From Candidatus Colwellbacteria bacterium CG10_big_fil_rev_8_21_14_0_10_41_28 (GTDB lineage Bacteria; Patescibacteriota; Minisyncoccia; UBA6257; Colwellbacteraceae): a stretch of 64,000 nt of DNA. Location: positions 6,634 through 70,633 of the forward strand of contig PFAG01000014.1 in the NCBI GenBank assembly GCA_002773755.1, written 5' to 3'. Shown here piece after piece: positions 59,450-64,000 of the stretch. Under the pieces are notes generated by a model. That model saw only the letters and a program-made list of their open reading frames with translations. It had not been told where the DNA came from and ran no database searches. Position numbers and translations under genes: made by a program. Position 1 is the first letter of the stretch. Each line of letters starts with the position of its first letter.

Positions 59450-59540
59450 GGAGTCGAACTCCGTCTATATGGTAACTCCCAACGAGGGAAACGTGATTGC
59501 AAGCAATCCAATACTACACATACAGACGGAGCTCAACTCC
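59450..59540 (-). ncRNA. candidate 91-nt three-way-junction RNA directly 3' of tRNA-Glu
   Basis: 22-bp continuous stem (3 G-U on minus strand) enclosing two small hairpins. Confidence 0.5.
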
Positions 59541-59542
59541 CG

Positions 59543-59617
59543 TGGGGATGACAGGATTTGAACCTGCGACCTCTGGCTTGAGAGGCCAGCGTGCACTCCA
59601 AACTGCACTACACCCCC
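59543..59617 (-). tRNA. tRNA-Glu(CTC), CCA not encoded
   Basis: Acceptor GGGGGTG/CATCCCC, D-arm GTGC/GCAC, CTGGC-CTCTCAA-GCCAG, GGTTCAAATCC. Confidence 0.93.
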
Positions 59618-59673
59618 GAATTAGAAGAAAGAACAGCCCGGACCTCTTTTATACTAAAAAATAGCTACCCTTG

Positions 59674-60447
59674 TCAATCAGAATAACCCAACTTTTTTAG
59701 AATACTGGAATGTTCCCACTCCCAAAGCTTTTTGGCCCCCAAGAAAGCTTCGTAATCTTCTCTCCAGTGGGGGAACTCTCTCAACTGAACAATTCCTTCA
59801 ACATCAGACCATTCATGATCGCAATTTTTATAGTCAAAACCATTAGAAGGGTAGGGGGCACGCACCTTTTCTCTACCACCCTTAGTTCTTCTTCTCGCCC
59901 CACAAATTAAGCATCTTTCATTTTGATCAATTCTTAAAATCCATCTCGTTTGCAATGTCTTATATTCTTCCTGTAGGGGAGGGTAGTATGCGCCAGTTTG
60001 TAAATTGTAGTCTCTATATATCCCTTGAGAAGTTTTTATATCCATAACCCCAAACTTTCCATCAATTAGAGCTAGGGCGTCTGAGGTTCCAGCATACCTA
60101 TCTTTATAGTTAACCACCCTTCGCTCAACCCATTCCGGATCAACTTCAATCTTTCTCTCTTCTAGAAATCTTTGGAAGGCTTCTATAGACGGACGTATAT
60201 CATCACCGAAAGTAGGGGACTGCCCTGTTAGAATAGCCTCACAAGCTTCGTGAACTCGAGTACCCTCATCTGCAGATCTATTTTTTATTTCCTCAGCCTC
60301 TTCAAAGTTATTTAATTCTGCATAATATCGATACAAAGCCGGCTTCGCTTTTATATTTAAAATAGAAGTAACCCGGGGATACCAAACTCCATTGATATCA
60401 TATCCGTTTTTTTCTCTAAACTTATCTGAGCTAAGGTTATTCCACAT
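59674..60447 (-). CDS. PD-(D/E)XK exonuclease-like protein with Cys-containing insertion
   Basis: YPRVTSIL, GTRVH, YAGTSD, MDIKTS, LQTGAY; CLICG. Confidence 0.85.
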   Translation of the reverse strand: MWNNLSSDKFREKNGYDINGVWYPRVTSILNIKAKPALYRYYAELNNFEEAEEIKNRSADEGTRVHEACEAILTGQSPTFGDDIRPSIEAFQRFLEERKIEVDPEWVERRVVNYKDRYAGTSDALALIDGKFGVMDIKTSQGIYRDYNLQTGAYYPPLQEEYKTLQTRWILRIDQNERCLICGARRRTKGGREKVRAPYPSNGFDYKNCDHEWSDVEGIVQLREFPHWREDYEAFLGAKKLWEWEHSSILKKLGYSD

Positions 60448-60592
60448 CTTTACATACAAAAAGCCCCCAGAGGTCAATTTTAGACCTCATTTTAACCACA
60501 TTATTATTAGAGGGGAGTACACTCTAGACCTTAGAGAATACATTATGTCGCAAAACCATTGTTATACGACAGTTATCAATACATCCCCCGTA

Positions 60593-60919
60593 CTACTCCC
60601 TTTCCTTTAAGAGTTGCTCTAACTTTCTAAAAGTTAGGTAGGCAAAAGGTGCAGCTACTAGAAGATATGATAACCCTCCAGCTACATCTCTCTTTGCTTG
60701 GTTATAGTCAACTTCACATTGCTGATCGACTGACTTAGAATCCTCCCCTTCTCCCAAGGGGACTGTCTCATATCTTGGACCATAACAGTTGTCTACCTTA
60801 AAGACATATGTTTCGAGTCCTGCATTAACCATTCTTCCGCTTGAGAAGATTACGGTTACGGTGCTGATCACGAAGATAGCAGCAATCGCAATCGAAAAAA
60901 CTATTTTGAATATTTTCAT
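60593..60919 (-). CDS. Two-TM hypothetical membrane protein
   Basis: Two hydrophobic helices flanking a loop with 2 Cys; own -10 TATAAT. Confidence 0.75.
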   Translation of the reverse strand: MKIFKIVFSIAIAAIFVISTVTVIFSSGRMVNAGLETYVFKVDNCYGPRYETVPLGEGEDSKSVDQQCEVDYNQAKRDVAGGLSYLLVAAPFAYLTFRKLEQLLKERE

Positions 60920-60934
60920 AGTACAAAGATTATA

Positions 60935-62242
60935 CTACATATAATTCTCTGGGTTAATGGTTGGGCCAATTGGCACTAAACCAGTTGCAGGAGGAATCGA
61001 GAAAAGTCCGCCCTGTTCCCTATTGCTAGATAGCATCCATCCACCGGGAGGGGTTGCATACAGGCCAAAGTGAAGATGTGCTCCTGTTGAAAATCCAGTA
61101 TTACCCACATACCCTATCACCTCTCCCCTCTTAACTCCTTGTCCAGCAGAAACTTTACTAGCTGAAAGGTGGGCATATATCGTGGTTAAACCATTACCAT
61201 GATCTATCAGAATATATCTTCCATATTGGTAGTAAAGACCGTTGTAATCCACTCTAGCCACCACACCATCTCGAGCAGCGATCACTGGGGTTCCAGCAGG
61301 AGCCCCAATATCTGTTGCGTTATGAGGTCTTCCTCTATAGTAGGCCGTAGAATAGGCTGTCTCTCCATAATGTTGAGTTAGAACACCCGTTCTTAATCCA
61401 GCTGAATTAACTACAGGCCAACTAAGAAAACCTGGTTGCCTTGATGGCAAGTTGGAAGCATCAAATCTGTCGCCCAAAGCCTTCTCAATATCAGCAATCT
61501 CGCTCATCAAATCCTGTTGCTCCCTATCAAGTTTTGTTAAATGCTGTTGATAGAGACTCTCTTGTTGCTCCGTAACAGAAAGCAAATCATTCTTTTGGCC
61601 CTTCTGATCATCTAAAACTATTTTCTTCTGTTCTAGTGTCTGACTTTCGATCTTAAGTTCGTCTTTCTTAGAAGAGCTAACAACAATAGTGCTAGTCAAC
61701 TTATTTTGGAGTTTTACCAACTCCCCTACCTCATCGGCTAAATCTTTTTGGATATTTCTCAGTGCATTAAACTCAAAGACGCTATCAGCCAAAGTATCTT
61801 GACTCAACATCGTACTCAAAAGATCTATGTCTCCATCCCTAGTCTGGAGATTTCGGAGCACCTCCCCTACTGCTTCAGATTTTCTATTGGCCTCGGCCCG
61901 GACATCTGCAACAGTCATGTTTAGTGAGGAGATTTCATAAGTTAACTTTTCTATTGTTGTTTTACTATATTCAATTCCAAGTTCTGCCTGTTCGATAGAT
62001 GCATCAATCTGTCCAATAGCATTTTGAAGTGTTTGCTGCTGGCCATCCAAAACTTCTATACGAGCCTGTGTTTTTTGGATTTCTTGATTGATCTTTTCAA
62101 CCTCTTTTCTCTTCTCCTCAATTATGTCTTGGATCTCATTAGCCTCTTGGGCTATACCAGGGACTGGAAATAAAAATAGGCCCGCCATAAGTGCAGCAGT
62201 TAAAACAACCCTTACCCTCATGTTTCGTCTAATAAGTTTCAT
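60935..62242 (-). CDS. M23 peptidase with long coiled coil (EnvC/MepM-like)
   Basis: Signal peptide, coiled coil, HNATD, YAHLS, STGAHLHF. Confidence 0.92.
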   Translation of the reverse strand: MKLIRRNMRVRVVLTAALMAGLFLFPVPGIAQEANEIQDIIEEKRKEVEKINQEIQKTQARIEVLDGQQQTLQNAIGQIDASIEQAELGIEYSKTTIEKLTYEISSLNMTVADVRAEANRKSEAVGEVLRNLQTRDGDIDLLSTMLSQDTLADSVFEFNALRNIQKDLADEVGELVKLQNKLTSTIVVSSSKKDELKIESQTLEQKKIVLDDQKGQKNDLLSVTEQQESLYQQHLTKLDREQQDLMSEIADIEKALGDRFDASNLPSRQPGFLSWPVVNSAGLRTGVLTQHYGETAYSTAYYRGRPHNATDIGAPAGTPVIAARDGVVARVDYNGLYYQYGRYILIDHGNGLTTIYAHLSASKVSAGQGVKRGEVIGYVGNTGFSTGAHLHFGLYATPPGGWMLSSNREQGGLFSIPPATGLVPIGPTINPENYM

Positions 62243-63653
62243 TTGGAACAGATATCTTTCTAAGAGCTATATCTATCCTCGAAAGACTTTGCTCTTTTCC
62301 TAACGCCTCCATTATCTCAAAAGGTCCTGGAGACCTGTCATTCCCAGAAAGAGAAACTCTTAGCGGCCACAGCCACTCCCCTTTTTCATTCTCAGGAATC
62401 AAATCCATAATTTTTCCTTCAAGAACATCTCTCTTAAAATCTTTATCAGGAACCTTCTCTAGTACTTCTTTTGTTTTATTAAGATTAATTTCAACCTCCC
62501 CGAAATTCATCTCTTTCCATTTTAATAGATCTGCCCCATATGTTGGAATATCAAAATAAAATCTTAACTCATCTTCTGCCTCACTGCCCTTACTAATTCT
62601 TCCCTTCAAAGGATTCATCATTGCCTCCTTGAGTTCCCAATCAGAGGAAACAGTACCCCTAACTATCTCTATTATCTCTTTAGGAGAGGCCTCTTTCATA
62701 TAGTGTTTACCTAACCAATTAAGCTTATCTATATCAAAAACAGCTCCCCCTTTCTGTACCCTATCTAGAGTAAACTCATTTATAACTTCCTCCCGTGTCA
62801 TAACCTCCCTATCCTCCTTCGGATGCCAACCCAAGAAGGCAAGAAAGTTGAACATTGCATCTGGAAGATATCCTTGCCTCATATAGTCAGACAAAGCAAC
62901 GTCGGAGAACCTCTTACTCATTTTGCTCTTGTCTGGATTAAGAATCATTGGTAGGTGAGCAAATTCAGGAAGATCAAATCCCATAGATTCCATTAAAAAG
63001 ATCTGCAATGGAGTATTTGAGATATGGTCCTCTCCCCTGATTACATGTGTCACTTCGTTTAATGAATCGTCAATCACAACAACAAAGTTATACAGAGGGT
63101 TGTCCAAGTCTCTTGCCACAACAGTATCTCCAATTAAAGTCCCATCGAAAGTAATCTTGCCCCTTATCAAATCGTCAAAAGATACCTCTCTATCTGGTAT
63201 CTTAACTCTAATCACATAACCCTCTCCACCGTCAACTCTTTCTTTTGCCTCTTCCGGCTTAATGGACCTGCACCGACCAGAATATTTCGATGCTAATCCC
63301 TGCGAAAGATGTGCCTCCTTCTCTGCTTCAAGCTCTTCTTTTGAACAGAAACAATAATAAGCTTTATTCTCTTCTAAAAGTTTCTCTAAATATTCTCTAT
63401 ATATCTTTTTCCTATCACTCTGCCTAAAGAAATCATCCCACTCCAGACCAAGCCAGGTTAAGCCTTCTTTTATGTCTACCTCATACTCTTCTTTTGATCT
63501 TTCTGAATCTGTATCCTCAATTCTTAAGACAAATTCTCCTCCGTTAGCCTTAGCGAACAACCAATTAAAAAGTGCTGTTCTAGCGCCACCAATATGAAGT
63601 GGTCCAGTTGGAGATGGAGCAAATCTTACTCTTATCTTTTTATCTTTAGACAT
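62229..63653 (-). CDS. gltX: Glutamate--tRNA ligase
   Basis: RFAPSPTGPLHIGG, RGEDH, KMSKR. Confidence 0.97.
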   Translation of the reverse strand: MSKDKKIRVRFAPSPTGPLHIGGARTALFNWLFAKANGGEFVLRIEDTDSERSKEEYEVDIKEGLTWLGLEWDDFFRQSDRKKIYREYLEKLLEENKAYYCFCSKEELEAEKEAHLSQGLASKYSGRCRSIKPEEAKERVDGGEGYVIRVKIPDREVSFDDLIRGKITFDGTLIGDTVVARDLDNPLYNFVVVIDDSLNEVTHVIRGEDHISNTPLQIFLMESMGFDLPEFAHLPMILNPDKSKMSKRFSDVALSDYMRQGYLPDAMFNFLAFLGWHPKEDREVMTREEVINEFTLDRVQKGGAVFDIDKLNWLGKHYMKEASPKEIIEIVRGTVSSDWELKEAMMNPLKGRISKGSEAEDELRFYFDIPTYGADLLKWKEMNFGEVEINLNKTKEVLEKVPDKDFKRDVLEGKIMDLIPENEKGEWLWPLRVSLSGNDRSPGPFEIMEALGKEQSLSRIDIALRKISVPNETY

Positions 63654-64000
63654 TACTTATATTTTAGTAATATCTGAGCCAAATTTGAAGCTGCATCTGG
63701 TATGTGTAAGCTATTGGCCGCGAGACCCACCTCTAATAGCCTATCAGGATCGTTAAGTAATTCTGTAACTGTATTAATCAGACTTCTTTTAGAAAGATTA
63801 GTCTCCTCCATCATTATGGCGGCATGAGCACTTACAAAAACCTCAGCATTTACCTTCTGATGATCATTGGCAGAAGTTGAAAGAGGGATAAGTATTGATG
63901 GCTTTGAAAAAGCTGCTATCTCAAATACTCCTGAGCCAGACCTACTAATAACAATGTCTGCCGCTTGGAGTGCAATCCTAATGTCTTTCTGAAAGTAATC
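63653..64000 (-). CDS. murG: MurG glycosyltransferase, C-terminal part (truncated by window; not in ORF track)
   Basis: Translates DYFQKDIRIALQAADIVISRSGSGVFEIAAFSKPSILIP...DHQKVNA; TAA overlaps gltX ATG. Confidence 0.9.
   Translation of the reverse strand, partial: DYFQKDIRIALQAADIVISRSGSGVFEIAAFSKPSILIPLSTSANDHQKVNAEVFVSAHAAIMMEETNLSKRSLINTVTELLNDPDRLLEVGLAANSLHIPDAASNLAQILLKYK

Noticed and set aside
59450..59540. Integron attC site or second tRNA
   Set aside because: No RYYYAAC/GTTRRRY ends or extrahelical bases; no cloverleaf despite the TTCGA loop
4874..60600. oriC from DnaA-box-like words (about 4875, 6084, 60437)
   Set aside because: Isolated imperfect matches, not clustered, and no dnaA nearby
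6845..62303. Numerous 60-190 aa antisense or alternate-frame ORFs inside conserved genes
   Set aside because: Shadow ORFs of well-identified genes; no independent start signals or motifs
1..64000. Alternative genetic code (TGA=Gly as in Gracilibacteria/SR1)
   Set aside because: All conserved genes are uninterrupted under code 11 and TGA ends some ORFs just before terminators

Overview
This is core chromosome from a compact, AT-rich bacterium using genetic code 11. Gene content points to Patescibacteria/CPR (Parcubacteria-like; inference): uL30 is absent from the spc cluster, uL3/uL5/uL15/uL23 are trimmed, AspRS and ProRS are short, comEC is split, and there is a PEGA surface protein. The window holds the str-S10-spc cluster (rpsL to map), murA-mreB-holB-frr-rseP-proS-mreBCD-pbp2, galT/tpiA/pgk, RNase P RNA, tRNA-Gln(CTG), tRNA-Glu(CTC), typA, fmt/def, a MacAB-like exporter, gltX and partial mnmA/murG. 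I found no CRISPR array, transposase or prophage. The most interesting material is intergenic and is missed by the ORF track. (1) A dispersed set of GC-richer micro-gene cassettes: promoter, often a structured or boxA-like leader, strong SD, small orphan ORF and terminator, including two single-TM microproteins. These contrast with core genes that look leaderless or SD-less. (2) A 108-bp promoter/twin-UCCG-hairpin/terminator unit present twice as a direct repeat. (3) Several unannotated structured RNAs: a compact 6S-like RNA, a 64-nt hairpin with the same termini, and a 91-nt three-way-junction RNA fused to tRNA-Glu. All calls come from reading by eye; no database searches or folding programs were run.
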